In this document: positions 1 through 8,552 of the stretch, one piece after another | Layout of the letters: every line of letters begins with the position of its first letter | Position numbering within the stretch: position 1 is the first letter of the stretch | Source: Alphaproteobacteria bacterium | GTDB taxonomy: Bacteria; Pseudomonadota; Alphaproteobacteria; Bin95 | DNA length: 64,000 bases | Reading direction: 5' to 3' | Assembly: GCA_965205265.1 (NCBI GenBank) | Contig: CBDBGH010000003.1 | Coordinates: 2,496,001-2,560,000 of the forward strand | Notes under the pieces: model-generated | The model's database searches: none | Told to the model about the DNA's origin: nothing | The model's input: only the letters and a program-made list of their open reading frames with translations | Position numbers and translations under genes: made by a program

Positions 1-324
1 GCCCCGATTGCCGGGCACGGGCACGCCGTCGCTCTCCTCCAGAATCGAGGTCGGGTCGTCCGGGTCGCGGTTGCAGTCCATGGCGAGGCGCGAATAGCCG
101 GAGAAGGCCGCCGGGGCCTCGAAGCGCGCCGCCAGCAGCGCCGCGACGGCAGCCGCGCCCGGGTCCCAGCCGATATGGTGGCGAAGCTCGGCCCCGGATA
201 CGCCGAGATCGCCGAGCCGGGCCGGCAGCACATGGCTCGCATGGTCGCAGACGAAGGCCACGGGCGAGTCCGTCCGCCCGGGCCTCACGCGGAACGGCGG
301 CGGGTCTCCGGGGGCGAGCGTCAT
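1..324 (-). CDS. N-formylglutamate amidohydrolase family protein (partial, runs off the window start)
   Basis: Manual translation: MTLAPGDPPPF...FVCDHASH...HIGWDPGAA...YSRLAMDCNR, the CDHAS / HIxWDxG / SRLxxDxNR motifs of this family. Confidence 0.85.
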   Translation of the reverse strand, partial: MTLAPGDPPPFRVRPGRTDSPVAFVCDHASHVLPARLGDLGVSGAELRHHIGWDPGAAAVAALLAARFEAPAAFSGYSRLAMDCNRDPDDPTSILEESDGVPVPGNRG

Positions 325-392
325 GCGAAGCGCCCGCCTTCCGGTCCGGGCTTCATCGCGGCAGGATGCAGGCGCCCCGCCGGGAGACCGCC

Positions 393-1310
393 ATGCCCGA
401 TGCCGACCTGCCGATCGTCGATGCCCACCACCATCTCTGGGACCTGGGCGCGCTCCGCTATCCGTGGCTTCACGACCCGGAGCCGCATGGCGGGTTCTTC
501 CTCGGCGACTATGCCCCGCTCCGCCGGAACTACCTGCCGGCGGACTACCGCCGCGACGCCGCCGGCCACAATGTCGTCGCGACCGTCCATGTCGAGGCGG
601 AATGCGACCGGAGCCTCCAGGTCGAGGAGACCCTCTGGGTGGACGGCATCGCCGAGGAGCACGGCATGCCGGCCGCCATTGTCGGCCATGTCTGGTTCCA
701 CAGGGAGGACTGCGCGGAGGTGCTGGAGCGCCACATCGCCGCCTCCCCGCGCTTCCGGGGCGTGCGCTCCAAGCCGGCGACCGCGGCCCGGCCGGGCCTT
801 TCGGTGCAGGGCCGGCCCGGCACGATGCAGGACGAAGCCTGGCTCCGGGGCTTCGCGCTGCTGGAGCGCTACGGCCTTTCCTGGGACCTGCGCGTGCCGG
901 CCTGGCATCTGGAGGAGGCGGCCGACGTCGCCCGCGCTTTCCCCGCCATTCCCGTCGTGCTCAACCACACGGGCTTTCCCTGGGACCGCTCGCCGGAAGG
1001 GCTCGACCTCTGGCGGCGCGGCATGGCGGCGCTCGCGGCCTGCCCGAATGTCTCGGTCAAGCTCTCCTGCCTTTGCTTGCCGGACGGCCCCTGGCGCGAG
1101 GAGGAGAACGGCCCGCTCGTGCGCGAGACGATCCGCCTGTTCGGCGCGGACCGTTGCATGTTCGCGAGCAACTTCCCGGTGGACGGGCTGAGGACCGGTT
1201 TCAGCGCCATGATGAGCGCCTACAAGCGCATGGTCCGCGACCTGCCGGCTGCGGACCGGCGCGCCCTCTTCCACGACACGGCCGCCCGCTTCTACCGCCT
1301 CGACGCATGA
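393..1310 (+). CDS. Amidohydrolase_2 family protein
   Basis: IVDAHHHLW, VHVEA, LNHTG, VKLS and FASNFPVD motifs. Confidence 0.9.
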   Translation: MPDADLPIVDAHHHLWDLGALRYPWLHDPEPHGGFFLGDYAPLRRNYLPADYRRDAAGHNVVATVHVEAECDRSLQVEETLWVDGIAEEHGMPAAIVGHVWFHREDCAEVLERHIAASPRFRGVRSKPATAARPGLSVQGRPGTMQDEAWLRGFALLERYGLSWDLRVPAWHLEEAADVARAFPAIPVVLNHTGFPWDRSPEGLDLWRRGMAALAACPNVSVKLSCLCLPDGPWREEENGPLVRETIRLFGADRCMFASNFPVDGLRTGFSAMMSAYKRMVRDLPAADRRALFHDTAARFYRLDA

Positions 1311-1549
1311 CGGCCGGCGGATTCGCGCATCGGTCTGGAGCTTTTCCATTGGCGGGACTGTATCCGGAGCCCGCCCGCAGGCCCCGCTGAGCCCCGACCG
1401 GCGCCCCGGCGGGCTACGATACGGCTGCGGATGTTACACCGGGTCGGTTGCAGGCCGCCAGAGCGGATAAAGTGCATGGGCGGCGCCGCGCGGTTGCGCC
1501 GCCCATGCAGCGGCGGGAAAGCCGGAGGAGGACCTTCCCGCCGTTCGGC

Positions 1550-2557
1550 TCAGCCGTCGTAGTCCACCCGGTCCACCATCCGGCCGGCTTCCCCGCGCAG
1601 TTCCGCCACGCGGGCGAGCGGCAGGTCGTCCGCCTTGAAGGCCGTGAGCCTTTCGGGGTCTGCGACACCGGGCTTCACCGGATATTCGCCGTTCACCCTG
1701 GCATAGATGTTCTGGCCTTCCTCGCCGGACGCGAATTCGAGCAGTGCTATCGCGTTGTCGCGATTGGGCGCGCCCTTCACCAGCGAGGCGCCGGAAATGT
1801 TGACATGCGCGCCGCGCCCGGCCTGGTTCGGGAAGACCACCCTGACCGACTCGGCCCAGTCCCTCTGCTTCGGGTCGTCCAGCATCTTGTGGTAGTAATA
1901 GTGGTTGCCGATGGAGACATCGCACTCGCCGGCATGGATGGCCTTGACCTGCGCGCGGTCATTGCCCTGAGGCCGGCGCGCCAGATTCGCCTTCAGGCCG
2001 GCCAGCCAGTCCTTCGCCTTTTCCTCGCCGTGATGCGCGATCATCGAGGCGGCCAGCGCAATCATATACGCATGCTTTCCGCTGCGCGTGCAGATGCGCC
2101 CCTTCCATTCCGGGTCCGTGAGTTGCTCATAGGTCCCGATGCCGCCTTCCGGCACGCGGTCCTTCGAGACGAAGAAGAGGCGCGCGCGGGTCGTCAGCCC
2201 GTACCAGTTGCCGTCCGGGTCGCGCAGGGAGGCGGGGATGTTGGCCGAGAGCGTACCGGTCTTGACGGGCTCCACGACGCCGGCCTTCACCGCGTCGTGG
2301 AGCCGGCCGATATCCACGGTGAAGATCAGGTCCGCCGGGCTTGCCGTTCCCTCGGTCCTGAGCCGTTCGACCAGACCCCTCTTCGCGAAGACGACATTGA
2401 CCGCGATGCCGGTCTTGTCGGTGAACGCCTTGAACAACGGCTCGACGAGAAAGGGCTGGCGGTAGGAATAGACATTGACGTCGGTCGCCTGTGCCGACGC
2501 GGCCGCGATGGCTGCGATTCCGGCAGCCGCAGCGATTTCAACAATCCGGCTACGCAT
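1550..2557 (-). CDS. Fe(III) ABC transporter periplasmic binding protein (FutA/FbpA type)
   Basis: Signal peptide; VNVYSYRQ, PQGNDRAQ and GNHYY motifs. Confidence 0.9.
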   Translation of the reverse strand: MRSRIVEIAAAAGIAAIAAASAQATDVNVYSYRQPFLVEPLFKAFTDKTGIAVNVVFAKRGLVERLRTEGTASPADLIFTVDIGRLHDAVKAGVVEPVKTGTLSANIPASLRDPDGNWYGLTTRARLFFVSKDRVPEGGIGTYEQLTDPEWKGRICTRSGKHAYMIALAASMIAHHGEEKAKDWLAGLKANLARRPQGNDRAQVKAIHAGECDVSIGNHYYYHKMLDDPKQRDWAESVRVVFPNQAGRGAHVNISGASLVKGAPNRDNAIALLEFASGEEGQNIYARVNGEYPVKPGVADPERLTAFKADDLPLARVAELRGEAGRMVDRVDYDG

Positions 2558-2578
2558 TGCTTCCTCCGCATACTGATA

Positions 2579-2649
2579 TGCGATTGATAGTCATTCGCAA
2601 ATATACAATGCTGCCAGGAACGCGCAAGATGCGAACACTTCTCATTATC
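2579..2649. promoter_or_regulatory. Two putative Fur-type iron boxes upstream of the Fe(III)-binding protein gene
   Basis: Minus strand TGCGAATGACTATCAATCGCA (2579-2599) and GATAATGAGAAGTGTTCGCA (2630-2649) resemble the Fur box GATAATGATAATCATTATC. Confidence 0.65.
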
Positions 2650-2804
2650 GCGACAAAGCAGCACAGTTGCCGGACAGCCGGAGGCATGTCCCGGCCGAGC
2701 CCGCCCTTGTCGCCCTGCTAACGGTCAGGCGCGGTCGAACTCTTCGGCCGGATTGCAGGAGGCCGGCCGGCGGCTCACCGCCCGCCCGAAGGCCGGGGCT
2801 GGCT

Positions 2805-3905
2805 TTATGCTGCGGTGGCGGCCTCTGGCTTGAGGTGGCTCACCCGCGGCAGCACCTCGTTCATCAGCAGGCCCATGGAGGTGCGCCAGGCTTCCGGCTT
2901 GTCGGCGTAGTCGAAGCAGAACAGCAGCAGCTGCCCGAAGCCGCCAACATCGTCATAGACCGCCTCCAGCTTCTCGGCGACGGTCTCCGGCGAGCCGACC
3001 AGCCAGTTGTGCTTCGCGCAGTATTCCGGCGTCACGTCGCTGTCCGGCACGTCCCGGTCGTGCTTCAGGAACTCCAGGAAGCCGAAATTGGCGAGCAGCG
3101 GCAGGAAGTAGTCCCCCATCATCCGGCCCATCATGTCGCCGACCGAGAGCCGCCAAGCCTCCTCGTCCGTCTCGGCGACGAACACCTCGCGCACCATGCG
3201 CCACTCGCCGCGGTCGGCGGTGCGCCCGGCCCTCGCCGCGCCCTCCTCCACAGCGTCCCAGTGGCTGCCGACATAGGCCGGGTTCAGGTTCAGGCTCATC
3301 GGCAGGAAGCCGCGCTCGCCGGCGAGCTTGAGCGTGTCGGAGTTCTTGGAGAGGCCTGCGACGCCGATGGGCGGATGCGGCTTCTGCAGGGGAAACAGGT
3401 GCGGGCGCAGGAAGCCGAACATCTCCGCGCCCTTGGTCACATGCCAGAACCTGCCCTTGTAGTCGAACTCCGGCTCGTCCGACCAGAGCCGCAGGATGAT
3501 GTCGAGCGCCTCGCGGGTCATGTCGCGGTTCTCGCCGGACATGCCGTCCACATTGAACATCTGCCAGTCGCTCGGCAGTCCGCTTGCGGCGACGCCGAAA
3601 TTGAGCCGCCCCTGGCTCAGCCGGTCCATCATCGCAATCCGGTTGGCGAGCTCGGCCGGGTGGTGGTAGGGCAGCAGGAAGCCGCCGGGGCCGAGCCGGA
3701 TGGTCTCCGTCTGCCGGAGGCCCTCGATCACCAGGAAATCGGGCGCGGGATGCGGCTCCCAGGGCGCGGTGTGGTGCTCGCCGATCCAGCCCTCGGTGAA
3801 GCCGAGTTCGTCCGCCCAGCGGATGTGCTGGAGGTCCCATTCGTGGCCCTCGCGCAGGTCGCGCTCGGGCGGGTGCGAGGGCATGCTGAAAAAGCCGATC
3901 TCCAT
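2805..3905 (-). CDS. LLM-class (luciferase-like) flavin-dependent monooxygenase
   Basis: MEIGFFSMP start; WIGEHH, LPYHHP and QKPHPPI motifs. Confidence 0.9.
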   Translation of the reverse strand: MEIGFFSMPSHPPERDLREGHEWDLQHIRWADELGFTEGWIGEHHTAPWEPHPAPDFLVIEGLRQTETIRLGPGGFLLPYHHPAELANRIAMMDRLSQGRLNFGVAASGLPSDWQMFNVDGMSGENRDMTREALDIILRLWSDEPEFDYKGRFWHVTKGAEMFGFLRPHLFPLQKPHPPIGVAGLSKNSDTLKLAGERGFLPMSLNLNPAYVGSHWDAVEEGAARAGRTADRGEWRMVREVFVAETDEEAWRLSVGDMMGRMMGDYFLPLLANFGFLEFLKHDRDVPDSDVTPEYCAKHNWLVGSPETVAEKLEAVYDDVGGFGQLLLFCFDYADKPEAWRTSMGLLMNEVLPRVSHLKPEAATAA

Positions 3906-3981
3906 CGGGGCGTATCCTCTCGTCGTCGCTGTGCCGGCGCCCGGCAGACGGATGAAACTTTCGGGGCGCGCGCGTGCGGAG

Positions 3982-5160
3982 TCAATCGGCCTCCGGCACC
4001 CGCACCAGCCAGCGATGGGCGGAGAAGGACACCAGCCCGCAGACCGCGACCGTGAGCGCGAGCGGCAGCGCCGTGCCGTCATGGAACTGGCCGACAGCGA
4101 GGCCGGACAGCGTGCCGAGCGCGAAATGCCCCGCGCCGATGAGCGCGATCGCGGTGCCGGCGAGCTCCGCCTTGTCGGCCGTCGCGATGACGATGGTGTT
4201 GGCGGCGATCAGGTTGAGCGCGAACATGAAACAGAGGAGCGCGGCGACAATGGCGGCGAGGCTCCCGGGAAGCAGCAGGACGACAAGGACCAGCGCAAGG
4301 CCGGCCGCCAGCAGCAGGCGCGTGCCTGCGGTCATCATGCCGGCGGGCCCGACGCGCGCGACCAGCCGGCGGTTGGTCCAGGCGCCGGCCATGATCGCCA
4401 GGATATGGACCGCGAACAGCAGCCCGTAGGTTTGCGGCGAGACGCCGAACACCTCCATGAACACGAAGGGCGTGCCGGAGATATAGGCGAACATGCCGGC
4501 GAAGGCGCCGCCGCTTGCGAGCGCGCAGCCGAGCGTCCGCCGCTCTGAGACGAGCCGGGCGTAGTTCACGAAGATCGAGCCGAGGCCCGCGCGGATGCGC
4601 GTCTCGGGAGGCCGCGTCTCCGGGAGCAGGAAGAGGACCGCCAGCAGCGCCAGCGCGCCCCAGCCGGCCAGGATCAGGAAGATCGCGCGCCAGTCGGCGA
4701 ACAGCAGCACCTGCGCGCCGAGCGAGGGCGCCAGCAGGGGCGCGGCCGCCATGATGAGCATGAGCGTGGAGAGCATGCGCGCGGCTTCCGCGCCCGAATG
4801 GCGGTCGCGCACGCAGGCCCGCGCGATCACCGTCGCCGCCCCGCCGCCGAGCGCCTGGAGGAAGCGCGCCAGGGCGAGCGCGGCGATATCCGGCGCCAGG
4901 GCCGCGCCCGCGCTCGCCGCCAGATAGACCGAGACGCCGAAGAGCAGCATCGGCCGCCGCCCGTAGCGGTCCGACAGCGGCCCGTAGAGGAGCTGCCCGA
5001 TGCCGAAGCCGACGAAGAAGGCCGAGAGCGTGAGCTGCACGTCGCCCGCGGACGCGCCCAGCTCCCGCCCGATGGCCGGCAGGCTCGGCAGATACATGTC
5101 GATGGAAAGCGGCCCGAACGCCGCCAGCATGGCAAGCACGGGCAGGAAGAAGATGGCCAA
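3982..5160 (-). CDS. Bcr/CflA family multidrug efflux MFS transporter
   Basis: SIDMYLPSLP and GPLSDRYGRRP motifs; about 12 hydrophobic segments. Confidence 0.92.
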   Translation of the reverse strand: MAIFFLPVLAMLAAFGPLSIDMYLPSLPAIGRELGASAGDVQLTLSAFFVGFGIGQLLYGPLSDRYGRRPMLLFGVSVYLAASAGAALAPDIAALALARFLQALGGGAATVIARACVRDRHSGAEAARMLSTLMLIMAAAPLLAPSLGAQVLLFADWRAIFLILAGWGALALLAVLFLLPETRPPETRIRAGLGSIFVNYARLVSERRTLGCALASGGAFAGMFAYISGTPFVFMEVFGVSPQTYGLLFAVHILAIMAGAWTNRRLVARVGPAGMMTAGTRLLLAAGLALVLVVLLLPGSLAAIVAALLCFMFALNLIAANTIVIATADKAELAGTAIALIGAGHFALGTLSGLAVGQFHDGTALPLALTVAVCGLVSFSAHRWLVRVPEAD

Positions 5161-5262
5161 GGCTTTCCCGGGATGCTGCGGGAAACGGGGAAATTAGGCG
5201 GCGCTTGCGCGGCGGCAAGGCGGGGGTAGAGAGACGCTCAACGCCGCAATCGTCGCCTCCGG

Positions 5263-5727
5263 CTATTCTTTTCGGATGATGACCGAACCCGTCCGGCCGT
5301 CATAAGTCATCGTGAACGCCTGGAGGAAATGCCGGCCTATCAGTGCCAGATGCTGCTGTCCGCCAGCCTTCAGGTGAACGCCGGCGAATTCGCCGTAAAC
5401 GACATGCTGCAAGGTTGGAATGTAGATCTGTGCCAAGTGCATGTTGACTTCTTGGGCTCCGTGAACGCCAGCCACAGGCTTCCGGTCCACTACAGGCAGA
5501 TCGAGCAGCACCGCTAGATCGGAGTCGATGCAGCTTAGAGAAGCGCCGGTATCCACGAGCCCCGGATGAAGGCTGGATGGTAGCGCCGGCAAACGTCCTA
5601 TCCCGGGTCGATATTGTTCATCGAACCCAATCTGGACTCCCAGCGTAGGACCGAGGATAAGAAGCAGATCGGATGCAGCCTCGACCGACATCTCCATCTG
5701 CGCCGTCCCGCATTGCACTTCAAGCAT
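5263..5727 (-). CDS. Retropepsin-like (clan AA) aspartyl protease
   Basis: LVDTGAS catalytic motif and C-terminal ALIGRHFL motif. Confidence 0.8.
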   Translation of the reverse strand: MLEVQCGTAQMEMSVEAASDLLLILGPTLGVQIGFDEQYRPGIGRLPALPSSLHPGLVDTGASLSCIDSDLAVLLDLPVVDRKPVAGVHGAQEVNMHLAQIYIPTLQHVVYGEFAGVHLKAGGQQHLALIGRHFLQAFTMTYDGRTGSVIIRKE

Positions 5728-5962
5728 GCGTTGGAACGTACAAGACGGATGCAGGCAAGGCGACGGGCCCTTCCCCAACTTTTCTGATCAGGTAAGGCCC
5801 GCGCCCGAACTGTTCCACAGCGAACTCCGCAGCCGCCTCGAAGGTATCGAAGCTTCCGGTCAATTCCAGATTGTGGATAACCACCCACCGTCCTAGGTGC
5901 TCAGTCTCAAGCACACCGCGCATTCGATCATACGCTGCGATCTCGTCATTCAATGTCGCCAT
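5720..5962 (-). CDS. Small DUF5678-like protein, overlapping the protease start by 8 bp
   Basis: EIAAYDRM...HLGRWVVIH...FDTFEAA...FGRGPYLIRKVG pattern. Confidence 0.7.
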   Translation of the reverse strand: MATLNDEIAAYDRMRGVLETEHLGRWVVIHNLELTGSFDTFEAAAEFAVEQFGRGPYLIRKVGEGPVALPASVLYVPTHA

Positions 5963-6249
5963 CGCCCGCCTCCGCACCAACCCATGCAAGAATGCCGGGG
6001 CTTCGTTAAGCCGTAAAGTCATAGTAATGGTGTGCATGTGCCTGTGGCGATACGAAATCCTGTTGTCGTTCGCTCGTCACCAACTATGGCATTCAAATTC
6101 CTGTCCGTCGGCCGACAGGCTCGGCAGACACGCGTCGATGGACAGCGGCCCGAACCCCTTACCTCTTGCAGAATCCAGAAGACTTCGCCATACCCAGCAC
6201 ATCGTGGCACAAAAAACAGATATTTTTGCCGATCGGTATGATTATTTAG

Positions 6250-6279
6250 TTGACAGTGCCGCACTGATAGGAATATTAG
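6250..6279 (+). promoter_or_regulatory. Sigma70-type promoter with overlapping palindromic operator
   Basis: TTGACA at 6250-6255; AT-rich -10-like segment near 6272-6279; palindrome CAGTGC-C-GCACTG at 6254-6266. Confidence 0.5.
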
Positions 6280-6367
6280 GTTGAAACGGCTGGTCGAGCA
6301 CCATGTCGGCAGCCGGCTTCCAAGAGGGCGACGATGGGCGTCGCCCGCCTATAATGGAGTACCTGCC

Positions 6368-7657
6368 ATGCTGCGTTTGCCTGCTGTCCGATGCGTGCAG
6401 AGCGTCCATGCCGACGCCTACCAGACAGCAATGACCGTCCATGATCTGGTTCCGTATCTCCTCAATAGTCGTGATCCTCGCAGACAGAATTGGAAGAACC
6501 TGCCTGCGCCGGTCCGGGAGATGTATGAGAAGTTGCAGCGCAAGACTTCCAAGGCGCGGCGCACCGAGATGCGCAACTACATCCTTCGCCGGATGGCGCC
6601 TGAATCATACTGGATCGGTGCCATCCCGCCGATTGTCGTCGGGATGCAACTTGGCCAGGTCTTTGAGCCGCAGGAGGAAGATGGCAATTTGGGCTACGTT
6701 CGCGTCAGCACCCGTCTCGACCGACCCAATATCTTGCTGGACGGCCTCGGCCGCATCACCGGCTTCCTTGATGTCATGTATGACGACAGCCTGGATGAAA
6801 AAGTTCGCCAGTGGGCAGGTGACGCTGTGATCCCGGTCATGCTGCTGACGCCGCCAAGCCGGGAGAACAGCCTTGACCTAGAGCAACTCGGACAGGTCTT
6901 TCACGACATGAACGTGCTCTCCACTCCTGTTGCCAAGGGCCAGGCGGTGGACCTCGACCGCAGCGACAGGTACATTCAGACGGTCAACCGGGTGGCAGCG
7001 CTTTTTGTCATTGCCGAGAATGGCGGGTGCGACCATCGGGCCGTCTCGATTTCCAAGAAGTCCGGCGCCTGGTGCACCAAGACCGTTCTCCTCAAAGCGG
7101 TTCGCGCTGCGTCGGAAGGTCCCGGATCGCATGTGGACCACATCCGGGATCAGCCCGAAACGCCGTTCCTGGTGGGCGATGCACAGATGAGCGAGATCGT
7201 GGACCGGTTCGACCACGGTCTTCTAACGGTGTCCTCGATGATGGCTGAAGGCAAGGTTCCGGCTAACGATACCCTGCTGCGAACGCCCTCTTGGTGGGTT
7301 GCCTTCGGACTTGTTCTGCATGACCTGCACAAGGTCTATGCAGGCCACCAAATTTCGCCCGAGCGTCGGGATGCACTTCTCAGGAAGATCGGCGCTTTGG
7401 ACTGGGGCCTTGGCAACCCGGACTTCAGGTTCCTTGGAGACTCGGTGGAGGAAAAGGCGACTGGTGCGAGGCCGAAGGACGCCGAAGGTCGCGAGATGCT
7501 CAACCGCTTCTTCGGGGGACAGAAGGCATACTACAATCTGGCAGCCTACATCCGCGAGAAGATCGGACTGAAGGAGAACATCGACTACGGAGATGACTAC
7601 GGCGCAACCCTGAGATTCGACGCTCCTGCTCATACACTATCTGAGGCTGCGGAATAG
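6368..7657 (+). CDS. DndB-like / DGQHR-domain (ParB-Srx fold) protein with a variant DGLGR motif
   Basis: N-terminal LPAVRCVQ resembles DndB FPAIRGIQ; IPPIVV, ILLDGLGR in place of IxDGQHR, and QVFHDMN motifs; GGAG RBS. Confidence 0.7.
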   Translation: MLRLPAVRCVQSVHADAYQTAMTVHDLVPYLLNSRDPRRQNWKNLPAPVREMYEKLQRKTSKARRTEMRNYILRRMAPESYWIGAIPPIVVGMQLGQVFEPQEEDGNLGYVRVSTRLDRPNILLDGLGRITGFLDVMYDDSLDEKVRQWAGDAVIPVMLLTPPSRENSLDLEQLGQVFHDMNVLSTPVAKGQAVDLDRSDRYIQTVNRVAALFVIAENGGCDHRAVSISKKSGAWCTKTVLLKAVRAASEGPGSHVDHIRDQPETPFLVGDAQMSEIVDRFDHGLLTVSSMMAEGKVPANDTLLRTPSWWVAFGLVLHDLHKVYAGHQISPERRDALLRKIGALDWGLGNPDFRFLGDSVEEKATGARPKDAEGREMLNRFFGGQKAYYNLAAYIREKIGLKENIDYGDDYGATLRFDAPAHTLSEAAE

Positions 7658-7663
7658 ACCGGT

Positions 7664-7697
7664 TCCGGGCGTCGCCAAACAGATGGCGACGCCCGGA
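7664..7697 (+). terminator. Strong stem-loop after the DndB-like gene
   Basis: TCCGGGCGTCGCCA-aacaga-TGGCGACGCCCGGA, a perfect 14-bp stem. Confidence 0.65.
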
Positions 7698-7748
7698 TAA
7701 ATTTCCAAATCCGCGTCAGAGACTAATGATCAGAACTCCGGGCGTCAT

Positions 7749-8537
7749 ATGTTTGGCAACGATAATGAATTCGACAGGTTGATTGAAAAGGTGTTCTTCG
7801 ACAATTATCGTGAAGGAATGACCGAATTCGAATTTACTTTTGAAGATATTGAGAAAGCAGCAAATGACCTTGGAATTGTACTGCCTGAAAATTTTGAAGA
7901 TGTTCTACTTTCCTTCGAGAATTATGGTAGTTCCCCTCGCGAACACGAGAGACTGCAATCAGAATCTCATCAGACAACAAGCAACAAGGCGCAACAGGGC
8001 CATTGCATGGTCAAAGCATCAAGTAACAACCATGTTGTACCGCGCAATGACATCGCTGTTACACAAATATTCGATTTGACGCCGAAACAACTCCATGCCT
8101 ACGCGCTGGACGATGAACAGGCGCTTCTGGCCATCATCCGCTACAACCGCCTGATCGACACCTTTCTCGGGCTGACCGCCTACAGCCTGCAGAACCATCT
8201 TCGGACGACCGTCAAGGGCATGGGGCAGATCGAGATCGACGAACTCTATATCGGCCTCGACAGGAACGGCTGCCACCATGTCATTCCCGTCCAGGCGAAG
8301 GGCGGGAGAGACCGCATCGGCATCGTGCAGACCGCGCAGGACATTCGTTTCGCCGAACAGCGCTTCCCCGGCATGCGCTGCCGGGCCATCGCCGCCCAGT
8401 TCATGGAAGACGACATTATCGCGTTGTTCGAGCTGACCTTGCGGGACGACGACGTGAGGGTCATGGAAGAGCGGCACTACCGGCTCGTCCCGGCGGACAG
8501 GCTCGACCCGGCAGCGGTGCGGAATTACCGGGACTGA
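7749..8537 (+). CDS. PD-(D/E)xK restriction-endonuclease-like protein with no adjacent methyltransferase
   Basis: DEQALLAIIRYNRLID...QIEIDELY...PVQAKGG (D...QxK catalytic pattern). Confidence 0.7.
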   Translation: MFGNDNEFDRLIEKVFFDNYREGMTEFEFTFEDIEKAANDLGIVLPENFEDVLLSFENYGSSPREHERLQSESHQTTSNKAQQGHCMVKASSNNHVVPRNDIAVTQIFDLTPKQLHAYALDDEQALLAIIRYNRLIDTFLGLTAYSLQNHLRTTVKGMGQIEIDELYIGLDRNGCHHVIPVQAKGGRDRIGIVQTAQDIRFAEQRFPGMRCRAIAAQFMEDDIIALFELTLRDDDVRVMEERHYRLVPADRLDPAAVRNYRD

Positions 8538-8552
8538 CGGACGGCGCGGCGC

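Noticed and set aside
6368-7657. Calling this locus a phosphorothioation (dnd) system
   Set aside because: No dndA/C/D/E or ssp genes are in the window; only a divergent DndB-like domain is supported.
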